A stretch of 43,157 bases of DNA, taken from Octopus bimaculoides. Its lineage: Eukaryota. This document shows positions 21,191 through 33,099 of this stretch, piece by piece. The stretch lies in assembly GCF_001194135.2 (NCBI RefSeq), contig NC_068982.1:151042082-151085238 (forward strand), written 5' to 3'. The position numbers and the translations under genes were made by a program. The notes beneath the pieces are model-generated. The model was given only the letters and a program-made list of their open reading frames with translations. It did no database searches and was not told where the DNA came from. Each line of letters starts with the position of its first letter. Position 1 is the first letter of the stretch.

Positions 21191-22514
21191 GGATCTTTTT
21201 TAAAACGGGGGCCACATTTTTCATTAACGAAACACTTTGAAACTTGGAACACTGGTAGAATGTGTCATATAAAACATCTTTTTTTCTTAGTCTTCTTAAA
21301 AAAAAAAGAAATCCATAAGTTATTCCATGTTAAAGCTGTCGTATTTCTGTAATTTCAACCAATCACTGACGTCCATTCAGCCGATNNNNNNNNNNNNNNN
21401 NNNNNNNNNNNNNNNNNNNNNNNNNNNNNNNNNNNNNNNNNNNNNNNNNNNNNNNNNNNNNNNNNNNNNNNNNNNNNNNNNNNNNNNNNNNNNNNNNNNN
21501 NNNNNNNNNNNNNNNNNNNNNNNNNNNNNNNNNNNNNNNNNNNNNNNNNNNNNNNNNNNNNNNNNNNNNNNNNNNNNNNNNNNNNNNNNNNNNNNNNNNN
21601 NNNNNNNNNNNNNNNNNNNNNNNNNNNNNNNNNNNNNNNNNNNNNNNNNNNNNNNNNNNNNNNNNNNNNNNNNNNNNNNNNNNNNNNNNNNNNNNNNNNN
21701 NNNNNNNNNNNNNNNNNNNNNNNNNNNNNNNNNNNNNNNNNNNNNNNNNNNNNNNNNNNNNNNNNNNNNNNNNNNNNNNNNNNNNNNNNNNNNNNNNNNN
21801 NNNNNNNNNNNNNNNNNNNNNNNNNNNNNNNNNNNNNNNNNNNNNNNNNNNNNNNNNNNNNNNNNNNNNNNNNNNNNNNNNNNNNNNNNNNNNNNNNNNN
21901 NNNNNNNNNNNNNNNNNNNNNNNNNNNNNNNNNNNNNNNNNNNNNNNNNNNNNNNNNNNNNNNNNNNNNNNNNNNNNNNNNNNNNNNNNNNNNNNNNNNN
22001 NNNNNNNNNNNNNNNNNNNNNNNNNNNNNNNNNNNNNNNNNNNNNNNNNNNNNNNNNNNNNNNNNNNNNNNNNNNNNNNNNNNNNNNNNNNNNNNNNNNN
22101 NNNNNNNNNNNNNNNNNNNNNNNNNNNNNNNNNNNNNNNNNNNNNNNNNNNNNNNNNNNNNNNNNNNNNNNNNNNNNNNNNNNNNNNNNNNNNNNNNNNN
22201 NNNNNNNNNNNNNNNNNNNNNNNNNNNNNNNNNNNNNNNNNNNNNNNNNNNNNNNNNNNNNNNNNNNNNNNNNNNNNNNNNNNNNNNNNNNNNNNNNNNN
22301 NNNNNNNNNNNNNNNNNNNNNNNNNNNNNNNNNNNNNNNNNNNNNNNNNNNNNNNNNNNNNNNNNNNNTACGTAAAACATTAATGAAAAATGTGGCCCCC
22401 GTTTTAAAAAAGATCCCAAAATAGATAAGTATACGAAGTTTGAAAGTCTTTCCGTACCAAAAACACTACGTAAAACATTAATGAAAAATGTGGCCCCCGT
22501 TTTAAAATAGATCC
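21191..22514. mobile_element. Merlin-type MITE copy 2 (centre in gap, right end duplicated)
   Basis: Same TIRs; 8-bp TSD GAAAGCGT (21183-90 and 22515-22); visible parts near-identical to copy 1. Confidence 0.88.
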
Positions 22515-22682
22515 GAAAGCGTTTCCGATGATTAAAAAATATGTTTATTTTTTTTACATCTACACATTTATAATATTGGTTTTAAATTTTGGTACAAGGC
22601 CAGTGAGTTTGGTGGAAGGGCTAAGTCTAACGTGCTGACGATTCTGTCGCCTTCTACTCATTCAAAATATTATACATTTATA

Positions 22683-22896
22683 AGACGGCGAGCTGACAAA
22701 ATAGTTAGCATGCCGCGCAAGATGCTTAGCGGCATTTCGTCCGTCTTTTCGTTTTGAGTTCAAATACCATCGACGTTGACTTTATCTTTTATCCTTTCGG
22801 GGTTGATAAAATAAGTACCAGTTGATCACTGGGGTCGATGTAATCAACTAACCCTCTCCCACAAGATTGCTGGCCTTGCACTAAAATTTGAAACCA
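22683..22896 (+). mobile_element. SINE family A copy (an internally deleted minus-strand copy lies at 22577-22654)
   Basis: GGCGAGCTGACAAAATAGTTAGC...GAGTTCAAAT...AAATTTGAAACC. Confidence 0.88.
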
Positions 22897-24529
22897 ATAT
22901 TTTACATTAACTTAATAATTCTAGTATTCAACAATGATTCTCTGACGCTTAAGCATGTCTAGATTTGTCTCCCACATTTTCTGAACTGATTTAAATATTA
23001 CTAGTAATTGAGTTAATTTTCCTTTTCTTTTCCACACCGCACAGTTCCTATATTTTTGGTGCTCATTACATTAAATAACTTGATTTATACAATTAGTTAA
23101 CAATCTAAATTTTTACATCTTTAACTATATTTCTTGCCTATTATGTTTGTAAGCACGCAAACTCCGAACACACACACACACACACACCCACCCACTCGCA
23201 CGCGCGCACACCCACCCACCCATACCCCACCCCCCACACGAACATGCAACTATTGTTGTTTCTGCGTCTATGTGTTCGCGTGTGTAAGAGCATTAAATAT
23301 CAAGTTAATGTGCTCTTCTTTAAGTACTGCTCTGTTAAATACTGAAGTAACATTATTCAAAGTTCCTCCTTACGTTTTATTTACAATGTAAAGCATTTTC
23401 CAATTGTCCTTCATGGGTATAAGTGCTGGTCTATTACTTCACTGCAGTTTTAACGTTTCCACCTCTTTCAAATTTTAATCATAATCTTTGCCACAAAAGA
23501 CCTTGGTACATAAAATATTTTTTGCCCATTTTAAAATCTCTTTTGTTTCTTTTTTTTTCTGCTAAAGTCAACTCTAAAATCTATCAATAGTCCGACCTGT
23601 ATAGCTGACATTCAAAATTTGTCAAAAATATTGAAAATCGTCTGTTTTTTGACATAGCAATATCCTGTTTCTCGATATTTTCAACTCCTCAACAATTGTT
23701 CCGGTGATTGTGACACTGACTGATGGTTGTTACATTTCTATTATCAACTTCTTTAGCGAAGCGACGTTTTAATTCATGATCACGTCATATATATTTCCAT
23801 AGATATTTCCATGTCACGTTATCGTATATTTAAAGTTATTGTATACGTGAAGCTATTGTCAGATTACTGTATATTTGAAGTTTACAGAATCAAATAACTT
23901 TTGTATTTTTTTTTGGGAAAAATATTGAATAAAGAAGTGTAAGATATTTGTGCTTATAGAAAAATTCTCGTAAAAAGTATAGCAAAACAAAATATTGTAT
24001 GAAGAATGGTTTTATAAAGAACAATTTTATGAATGTTGTTTGACAAAAGCTATACACAGAAAACTCGTTTAGGGAAGAGGGAGAATAAATGACTTTAATA
24101 AAAGTCGTAAAAACACTGTGCAAATAAATACTGTATAGTTGAATATTATATGAAATTTGTAATAGATTTAAACGTATTTTTATCATGATGAATACCTTGA
24201 TCTTTTATCCATTAGGTGGTAATCTTACCCACCCAAAACTTCGCCTCCTACATGGAGCAAATAAAGCTACTGGAGACGATCTTTTCCAACCTACAGACAC
24301 TTATTGTGAATCTTATGAATTTTTCTTTGATTATGTTACATATTTACGGTTAAATGGATTGCGTATCTTGAGATTTAAGCTCCTTAATCAGAGACAACAA
24401 TGTTCTACAGGCCATATGTTATTAAGCACTGATCCCACGATTCAGATTTCCATTTGGCTATTCCAGCTTTCCTTATTTATTTCTATGCAGCTGAAACATT
24501 ATTTAGATATTAATTTCCTACATTGACAC

Positions 24530-24586
24530 AAATCCACATATTTTGGGGAAAATCCACATATTTTGGGGAAAATCCACATATTTTGG
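24530..24586. repeat. 20-bp tandem repeat (AAATCCACATATTTTGGGGA) x~2.9
   Basis: Direct reading. Confidence 0.9.
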
Positions 24587-24991
24587 CTAAATCAAACTTG
24601 ATTAATACTTTATTTTATAGACACAAGAAAGATGAAAGGTAACTTCGACGGGATTTGAACTTCGAACGTAAAAGGCTGTAACTAAATACAGCAAAGCGTT
24701 TGGTCATATGTATTATTCTTATTGAGTGGTTTTATTGAATTACATCTCATATTTCTTAATTCAACGCTAACTTCCGGACAGAAACTTGTCAAAATGACTA
24801 TTCCATTTTTATTGAGGGTGGTTTGGATATTTACTCCATATTGCTATAATCTGCATTCACTTTAAGTCAATAAAATTCTATTCTTGTAAAATGTTTGCTT
24901 ATTGGCGTCCTTTCAATCAATAACATATCGGAGTTATATCAACTCCAACTCTTTCTTTCTACGTTCTGATATTTCCTAAGTACAAGTATAT

Positions 24992-25250
24992 AACAATCAA
25001 TCAAAAACCCCTCTAGGGAGGCTGTAGGTGCTCAGCAAAGTACACAACTCCTCCCCTCCACCATTTCTTGTCATTAACCGACCTCATGTTTACCACCATC
25101 TTCCTCCCTGTCCATACACTGATGTTGCTCAATCACAGCCTTTGTGGTCTTTCTATACCTCTTTTACCGAGACTTCATCCATGCATGACTATATTCACTT
25201 GAGGTAGAGTGTCATGGTGTTGTATTACATGACCAAACTACTTCATGTTC
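24992..25250 (-). mobile_element. Decayed RTE-clade LINE 3' end with (TTGA)n tail
   Basis: With stops and frameshifts the minus strand gives FGHV...GKRG..RP..W..NI..WTG...DKKWW, typical of the RTE C-terminus. Confidence 0.65.
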
Positions 25251-25471
25251 CACATTTTAGCAATTTAAAGAGGAGTTTCATGATTTGTAGTCTTTCCAAC
25301 AATTTCTCCATTAACACGTTCGCTGGATGTTCTGTATTTAGGAAACACACACACACACACACACACATACATGCACACACGTAGATGCATATATATATAT
25401 AGTTATATATATGCGTGTGTATGCATATAAACACAGAGAGACAGACGCACGTGAAAGAAGAGTTGTAAAGT

Positions 25472-26090
25472 AAAATTTGGCACAAGGCCCGCGATTTCGG
25501 GGAAGGGGTTTAAGTCGATTACATCGATCTCAGTGTTCAACTGGTACTTATTTTATCAAACGCCGAAAGGCTGAAAGGCAAATATCGACCTCAGCGGAAT
25601 TTGAACTCAGACGGACGAAATACCGCTAAGCATTTTGTCCGGCGCAGTAACGATTCTTATTTCTTTATTGCCCACAAGGGGCTAAACATAGAGGGGACAA
25701 ACAAGGACAGACAAAGGGATAAAATCGATTACATCAACCTCAGTGCGTAACTGGTACTTAATTTATCGACATCCGAAAGGATGAAAGGCAAAGTCGACCT
25801 CGGCGGAATTTGAACTCAGAACGTAACGGCAGATGAAATACCGCTAAGCATTTCGCCCGGCGTGCTAACGTTTCTGCCAGCTCGCCGCCTTAGTTGTAAC
25901 GTATATTTCATGAGAAGAATAAGTCGATTACATCAACCCTAGTGTTCAACTATACTTATTTATCGACCTCGAAAGGATGAAAGGCAAAGTCAACCCCAGG
26001 GAGGATTTGAAATCAGAACGTAAAGGCGAACGAAATGCCGCTAAGCATTTCGCCCAGCTTGCAAACGATTCTGCCAGCTCACCGCCTTAA
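25472..26090 (-). mobile_element. Cluster of three SINE family A copies (25472-25655, 25656-25890, 25915-26090)
   Basis: Repeated consensus; the middle copy has a different 3' segment ending CCCCTTGTGGGCAATAAAGAAATAAG. Confidence 0.88.
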
Positions 26091-26654
26091 TAATTGTAAA
26101 GTATATTGAAATGTATTTTACAATGGTTAAAAATCATTTGCTAAAAGAACTCAATACGTTGGGTAAAGTGGATAGAGATGCATATTATGTCGAAAGCTCA
26201 GTCTCATCAGACTTTCGTCCCAGAGTGGGTTGTTCATGAAGTGGAGAAGAGCCCAACTTGAGGCGAAACTGACTAGAATAACTTCTTACATACATAATAC
26301 ATGCATATAACGTGAGACATTTCAGAAATTCTCCATTCGAGTTTCTTAGAATGAACGAGTTTCTTAGAATGCACACGGTCGCAAATACACTGCTGTACAT
26401 ACAGGCAGGAACAGTGATGAAATATACACACTTATCTACAAAAATAACATGCACGCCCATTATACGAATGAAATATTTTCCACATACTAACTCATTTACC
26501 TACTCACAAATCCTAGTGAATTGTCGTGACTAAAACTAAAGAACCTTGGCACTGCGGTAGTATCCGACTTGAATTCTGCAAAGGAAAAAAAATAAATCCA
26601 AGAAAAATTGTACATAAGTATATTCCTACCTAGGATAAGGATAAAGAAGGCGTC

Positions 26655-26898
26655 CTTTCTGAGTCCTATACACTCATAAGGACCTGTTTTCCAGTTTCTG
26701 TAGTGTATACATATTTAACCGCCAGATGAGACGCCGGTCCATCACGGAGTTATTCAGTTTTGCCAGCTGAGTGAACTGGAGCAATGTGAAATGAAGTGCT
26801 TTGCTTAAGAACACAATGCGTCGTCCAGTCCAGGAATTGAAATCACCATCTTACGACCATGAGTCCAGCACCCTAAACATTAGGCCACACGCCTCCAC
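26655..26898 (-). mobile_element. tRNA-derived SINE family C
   Basis: Head GTGGAGGCGTGTGGCCTAATGTTTAGGGTGCTGG...TTTCAATTCCTGG; central TTGTGTTCTTAAGCAAAGCACTT resembles the CORE/Meta/V-type shared domain (inference). Confidence 0.75.
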
Positions 26899-27080
26899 TA
26901 CATACCTACCTACCTACCTACCTACATACATACATACATAAACATATTTACATATGATTAATTAAAATCTGCATGATGACAAAAGGGCCATTTGTTTCAT
27001 TTAAGTGTTTGTTAAACGAAAGAAAAGTTACAACGGTTGGTTGGATTAATGGCCAAGTCACATGTCAGTATTATTAAAAA

Positions 27081-27170
27081 CTAGCGTTACCCATCATATG
27101 ACGGGCAACTTTGAAAGTATACTTTTACGACTATGGGTAATTTCATAAAAGTTAAATTATAATTATCTTA
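27081..27170 (-). mobile_element. Helitron-type 3' terminus (5' end not found)
   Basis: Minus strand hairpin CCCGTCA-TA-TGATGGG (27090-27105) followed by TAACG-CTAG|T. Confidence 0.55.
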
Positions 27171-27172
27171 CG

Positions 27173-27464
27173 ACGGCGGCGAGCTGGCAGAATCGTCAGT
27201 ATACCGGGTAAAAAATACTTAGTGGCATTTTGTCCGTCTTCACATTATAAGTTCAAACTCCATCGATTCTATGATTCTCACTCTCTCACAGTGCGTAGCA
27301 TTTCTTTACTCATTGCCTGCCAGCAAGTTTAGTATATGTACTCATCCTGCACCTCATATGTTAATGCTTCTTGTATCTCTTTTTTTGCACACTCACTCCC
27401 CCCTCTCTCTAAACGTTTTAAAGCGCGGCAGGATAAGTCAATCATTGAACAAGCATTTACATCG

Positions 27465-27511
<47 letters not shown>

Positions 27512-28398
27512 GTGTTCTGCCGAGGTCGACTTTGCCTTTCATACTTTCAGGGTCGATAAATTAAGTACCAGTGAAACACTGGGGTCGATGAAATCGATTA
27601 GTCCCCGACCCTAAATTTCAAGTCTTGTGCCTATAGTAGAAAGGATTATTATTATTATTGAGTATTCCGCCGTGGTCGACTTTGCCTCTCATCCTTTTGT
27701 GGTCGATAAAACAAGCACCAGTGAAACACCGGGAGCAATGTAATCGATTAGTCCCCTCCCCACAGATTTCAGGCCTTGTGCCTTTAGTAAAAAGGATTAT
27801 TAAGGCGACGAGCTAGCAGATCGTTAGCACCCCAGGTAAATGCTTAGCGGCACTTCGTCCGTCTTTACGGTCTGAGTTCAAATTTCGCCGAGGTCGACTT
27901 TGCCTTTCATCCTTTCGAGGTCGATAAAATAAGTACCAGTTGAGGACTAGAGTCGATGTAATCGATTAGTCGCCTCCCCCAAAATGNNNNNNNNNNNNNN
28001 NNNNNNNNNNNNNNNNNNNNNNNNNNNNNNNNNNNNNNNNNNNNNNNNNNNNNNNNNNNTACGGTCTGAGTTCAAATTTCGCCGAGGTCGACTTTGCCTT
28101 TCATCCTTTCGAGGTCGATAAAATAAGTACCAGTTGAGGACTAGAGTCGATGTAATCGATTAGTCGCCTCCCCCAAAATGTCAGGCCTTGTGCCTTTAGC
28201 AGAAAGGATTATTATTAGTAGAAAGTAGAATTGTTAGCAGCATTTCGTCGCTCTTTAAGTTCTGGGTTCAAATTTCATCGAGTTCAATTTTACCTTTTGA
28301 AGTCGATAAAATAAGTACCAGTTGAGTAGTGGGGTCAATATAATCGACTTACTCCCTCTCTCGAAACTGCGGGCCTTGTGCCAAAATTTGAAATCATT
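27173..28398 (+). mobile_element. Head-to-tail cluster of SINE family A copies (27173-27262, 27510-27660, 27665-27800, 27802-27986, 28061-28215, 28225-28398)
   Basis: Each copy starts after an (ATT)n run; several end GGCCTTGTGCCTTTAG.A.AAAGGATTATT. Confidence 0.88.
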
Positions 28399-28453
28399 AA
28401 ATAAAAACAAATAAGCACGCCCGCGCGTGCGCGCGCACACACAGATACATAAT

Positions 28454-28661
28454 AAGGCAATCTCTATATCCAAATAACGTGGTTGTCATGTTAGAACACC
28501 GAATGCTGCGTTGTTTACCTTATGAGTGCTTCTATGCTCCATGTGCCTATACGAGTGTTTTTTTCTTTTCAAGGTAAATTATTCAGTATTCGGTGTTCTG
28601 ACACAACATCCACGTTTAAGTTGGATATTAATATTGGCTTTTAGTCTGAATACTGCTTCTG
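28454..28661. mobile_element. Old foldback MITE, copy 1 (shorter)
   Basis: Homologous to 28883-29213; arms such as GTTAGAACACCGAAT and ATTCGGTGTTCTGAC are reverse complements. Confidence 0.65.
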
Positions 28662-28882
28662 TTGCTAATAATAATTTTTTAATCAGCCTGCTAGCGATTT
28701 GCGACACCAGTACCTGAAATATCACCGAAATTCCATATATTACTGGCAATGAAATTCGACTGTGATGCCGCTAGCGGACGTTATTACAGTTTAAGTAGAA
28801 AACTAAATCTGACGGGTAGTTGGTAGGAGTAGTTAAAGAAATAGTAGGTTCACACACACACACACACACACTTAATAGCATC

Positions 28883-29213
28883 CAAAAGTAGTTTTAATAC
28901 CAAAAGGCAATCGTTATATCCAAATAACGTAGCTGTAGCGTTAGAATATCGAATAGTGCGTTATTTACATTGAAAGGACTTCTCATATAGACACAAAGTG
29001 TATAGATGCACTAGTGCCGTCTGCTACTGGCACCAGAACTGTCAATCACGTGATTATATCGTCTGCCAACGATATAAATATGAGTGCTTCTATGCACCAT
29101 ACGTCTATATGAGAGGTCGTTTCGAGGTAAATAACGCACTATTCGATGTTCTAACACAACATCCACGTTAAATTCGATGTAAAGACTGCCTTTTAGTATG
29201 AATACTGCTTCTG
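28883..29213. mobile_element. Old foldback MITE, copy 2, with about 85-90 bp imperfect TIRs
   Basis: GTTAGAATATCGAATAGTGCGTTATTTAC pairs with GTAAATAACGCACTATTCGATGTTCTAAC; pairing extends outward with mismatches. Confidence 0.7.
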
Positions 29214-29807
29214 TAAACTGATTTCTTTACCTACTCCTGCCAACTGCCTGTCAAATTTATCTTTCTACTTAAACGTAGTTACGTGTATATGCATGTCTAT
29301 ATGTGAATAAATGCACGTACGTGTCTGTTTTTGTATGTGTGCGTGACAGACTGAAATATGCGTGTATGAGCGAATGTGTTTAAACTTGTGTCATCACTTG
29401 CCGTCCATCGACTATATAACATTTATCATGTTTACTATCTGCTACCATTGCTTGGCTTTAACTTCTTATGTTATATCTCTCTCTCTCCACTCTCTCTCTG
29501 TCTCCGTCTCTGAAGACCATGTAAAGCATAACTGGAGAAATCAATCAACCAATCAATAGTTAGTTACATCGGCAATTACTTTAGAGAAGTAGAGGGAAAT
29601 AACTTCTGTATCAAAAGAGTAAAATATAATGATGTTAGAGCTGCTTGATTGATGAAATAGATACAGGTATAGAGTGAGTGAGGTAGTGGGAAGTAGAAAA
29701 ATGGTATGGGTAAATAAACTGAAGAAACCAGGAAGGTGAGGAAAGGAAAGAAATTGAGAAATAGAGTACCTGAGGCGGGAGGATAGCAAAATTATGTAGA
29801 TAATTGT

Positions 29808-29990
29808 TTTTGATTTAGGTACAAGGCCAGAAGTTATTTTAAGGAATGGGGTTAGCCAATGCCACCTACCTCAGCACTTTGACGGATACTTTATTCAATC
29901 AAGACAAAGTTGATCACGGCGGAATTTGAACCTAGACCGTAAAGAAATAACGTACTGCATTTTGTTCGAGACTCTAATGATTCTGGCTAT
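29808..29990 (-). mobile_element. Decayed SINE family A copy
   Basis: GGTACAAGGCCAG...GGCGGAATTTGAACC.AGACCGTAAAG. Confidence 0.7.
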
Positions 29991-30515
29991 CAATCGATCT
30001 GGAAAGCTATAGAGATAAGAGAAGACCCAGTGTAAGTAAATCTGTAAGTACAAGAAGTGAATTGCAAGTAGTATCCTGCACGAAACTGAAATAAGTAAAC
30101 TGACGGCAAATATTAAAGCAACCCCCCCCCAAAAGAACCCCCCCCACCCAAAAAGCAAAAAAGAAACAGCTTATAAAAATACTACAAAGGGATGTGAACT
30201 GGTTGAAGTATATAATTTGATAGAGATAGGTAAACAACTAAAAGGTAGTAAAATATATAAGGACTAAAACATTATAAAACAAGGTCAAAGTGAAATATAT
30301 AATATGAATATTTTATGTCAAAACGGGAAAGCGACAGCTCAGATTTTGGAAAGAATTAAACGTGCTAATTAGATTAAGTATGTAAATAAACGACTCTTAT
30401 ACATAGTCATACAGTAACGCAATACAGGCACGCACATACTTAACTTATACATGTACATACATACATATACAGTTCTATGTGTGTGTGTAAGTGTGTGTGT
30501 GTAAGTGTGTATGTG

Positions 30516-30564
<49 letters not shown>

Positions 30565-30608
30565 NNNNNNNNNNGTGTTACTGGACGCTCAGGAAGGAAA
30601 GAAAGAGA

Positions 30609-30643
30609 ATTTGACGTTTCGAGCGGAGCTCTTCGTCGGAAAT
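30609..30643 (-). ncRNA. Minimal hammerhead motif (CCGACGA core) in a solo Penelope-type terminal repeat (about 30575-30690)
   Basis: ATTT-CCGACGA-A-GAGC(TCC)GCTC-GAAA-CGTC-AAAT; all three helices can form. Confidence 0.8.
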
Positions 30644-30866
30644 ATAGGAAAGTCCAAAGAAGGGAAGACAGAGGAAGAAAAAAATCGCCAATACACATTT
30701 ATATATTCATTTTGCAAGATTCTTGACGTGAAATCATTTGTTGAAACAGATATTGTTGTATTTGGGGATGGTCATGTTGCCAGTTTAGCCAATAAAAACA
30801 CACGCACTATATATTTGGTGTTAATTTGCTTCAGCTTTATTTTACTTTTTACATTAATCGTATTTC

Positions 30867-30910
30867 AGCCAGAGTTCTTTCGTCACACTTCTGTGACCTC
30901 ATCAGTGGTC
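30867..30910 (-). ncRNA. Hammerhead motif with canonical CTGATGA core
   Basis: ACCA-CTGATGA-G-GTCACA(GAAG)TGTGAC-GAAA-GAAC-TC-TGG; 6-bp stem II, 3-bp stem I, 2-bp stem III. Confidence 0.65.
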
Positions 30911-32067
30911 TTTTGCTTTCTTCTTTCTTATTTGTGTGTCTTTCCTTACTAACGATCGGCCATTTTTCTGGCTGATCGCTAGTAAGACAAGCATCCCCAC
31001 CCAACCTAGTCTGCATCCAGGGACATGTTTCTGAGTCATTGCTCGTCATCAGCCTGAAGTAGCAAAACCAGCTGGCTGAAGATGTCTGTCAACCTCTCAC
31101 AAATATATATATATTTCTAGTGAAAACACATTCACTGATTACAAAAATTAGAAATGATCTAATTATAAATCTCACAGAGAGAATTAAGTTGACAGTATAC
31201 AACTGGTTTATCGTAACACTGCATCTTATAGCAGAAATAGGTGTAAGCTAATGAAGTTCATAAGACAATTATTTTTTTTCCTTTGTCATCTCTCTTTTCT
31301 TATTACCTCTCTATACTCAGCTAGGACTTTGTTCTGAAGCATGCGTATATTATATGTTGACTTCTATACTGGGTTAGTAGTCTCGCAATGCCTAAGCGAT
31401 ATATATANNNNNNNNNNNNNNNNNNNNNNNNNNNNNNNNNNNNNNNNNNNNNNNNNNNNNNNNNNNNNNNNNNNNNNNNNNNNNNNNNNNNNNNNNNNNN
31501 NNNNNNNNNNNNNNNNNNNNNNNNNNNNNNNNNNNNNNNNNNNNNNNNNNNNNNNNNNNNNNNNNNNNNNNNNNNNNNNNNNNNNNNNNNNNNNNNNNNN
31601 NNNNNNNNNNNNNNNNNNNNNNNNNNNNNNNNNNNNNNNNNNNNNNNNNNNNNNNNNNNNNNNNNNNNNNNNNNNNNNNNNNNNNNNNNNNNNNNNNNNN
31701 NNNNNNNNNNNNNNNNNNNNNNNNNNNNNNNNNNNNNNNNNNNNNNNNNNNNNNNNNNNNNNNNNNNNNNNNNNNNNNNNNNNNNNNNNNNNNNNNNNNN
31801 NNNNNNNNNNNNNNNNNNNNNNNNNNNNNNNNNNNNNNNNNNNNNNNNNNNNNNNNNNNNNNNNNNNNNNNNNNNNNNNNNNNNNNNNNNNNNNNNNNNN
31901 NNNNNNNNNNNNNNNNNNNNNNNNNNNNNNNNNNNNNAATTAAATAAATTCTAATTCTCTAAGGAGATGAAATAATGCTTCTAACAGTTAAATGGCGTGT
32001 AAGTAACACGTTATCTGCACAAATGTCTGGTGTATAAAAAATATCAGTCGTTGTTGTTGTTGCTGCC

Positions 32068-32121
<54 letters not shown>

Positions 32122-32520
32122 GTATTTGCACAGCTTCTAACGCTGGAGATGTACTATAGTGTCAGCTGTTCACTACCAGTGACTAAGGTAACACTTCTTA
32201 TTTTTCGAGCACCTTTCGGAGTATTCGAGCGGTTCCAAGCAGTGCTGTTTTCTGCAAGTGCTCCAATCTTATTGCAACCCCTATTTGCTACACGTACCTC
32301 TCAAGATTTTTGCTCACTATTCCCAGGGCTCCGACAATTATTGGTACTACTGCCACCTTTCTCATCGACTACAATTTCATAACTTCCCAAGCTAACCTGT
32401 CATATCTCTCGACTTTTCTTTCTTCCTTATCGCATACCTTGTTGTCAGCTGGGCATGCTATATCTATGATCCAGCATAATTTTCTTTCTCAATTAAGACT
32501 ATGTCTGGCTTTCTATTCTC
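32122..32520 (-). mobile_element. 5'-truncated R4/Dong-like RLE retrotransposon, family E (absent from the ORF track)
   Basis: IENRKPDIVLIEKE/LCWIIDIACPADNKVCDKEERKVERYDRL...VVPIIVGALG...LQKTALLGTARILRKVLEK* with one frameshift and two internal stops; (AAT)n directly at both ends on its sense strand. Confidence 0.88.
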
Positions 32521-32638
<118 letters not shown>

Positions 32639-33099
32639 GTTCAGTAGTTTTATTTTTATAACGTGCTTTCACTTCACTACCGAGCGCAGCTCTGTGCGCC
32701 TTGGGTATGTGCTGTGGTTTGCTGTGGTGCTCTTATGTTTACTTTATTGAAAGTGTTTNNNNNNNNNNNNNNNNNNNNNNNNNNNNNNNNNNNNNNNNNN
32801 NNNNNNNNNNNNNNNNNNNNNNNNNNNNNNNNNNNNNNNNNNNNNNNNNNNNNNNNNNNNNNNNNNNNNNNNNNNNNNNNNNNNNNNNNNNNNNNNNNNN
32901 NNNNNNNNNNNNNNNNNNNNNNNNNNNNNNNGCCTTAATTTCTCTATCTGTGTGTATTGGCATATCCCAGAGTATGGTTGCTTTCTCGTTTTCTGTGACC
33001 TTTTCTGGCGTGTGTTTATACCATCTTTTTCCTGTTGTTATTCCATAGTGTTGGCATAGCTTCCAGTGTATATAGGTCCCAGCTCTGTCGTGTCTGTGA

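Noticed and set aside
24216-24348. Candidate 133-bp exon with two open frames, one faintly LRR-like (IKLLETIFSNLQTL)
   Set aside because: The donor is weak (ACG|GTTAAA), LRR spacing is wrong, and no partner exons were found.
26185-26230. CTGATGA and CGAAA motifs on the minus strand as a hammerhead
   Set aside because: The motifs are in the wrong order and no stem II with GAAA follows the core.
31045-31090. CTGAAGT...GCTGAAGATGTC as a plus-strand hammerhead
   Set aside because: It has two core mismatches and stem I does not pair.
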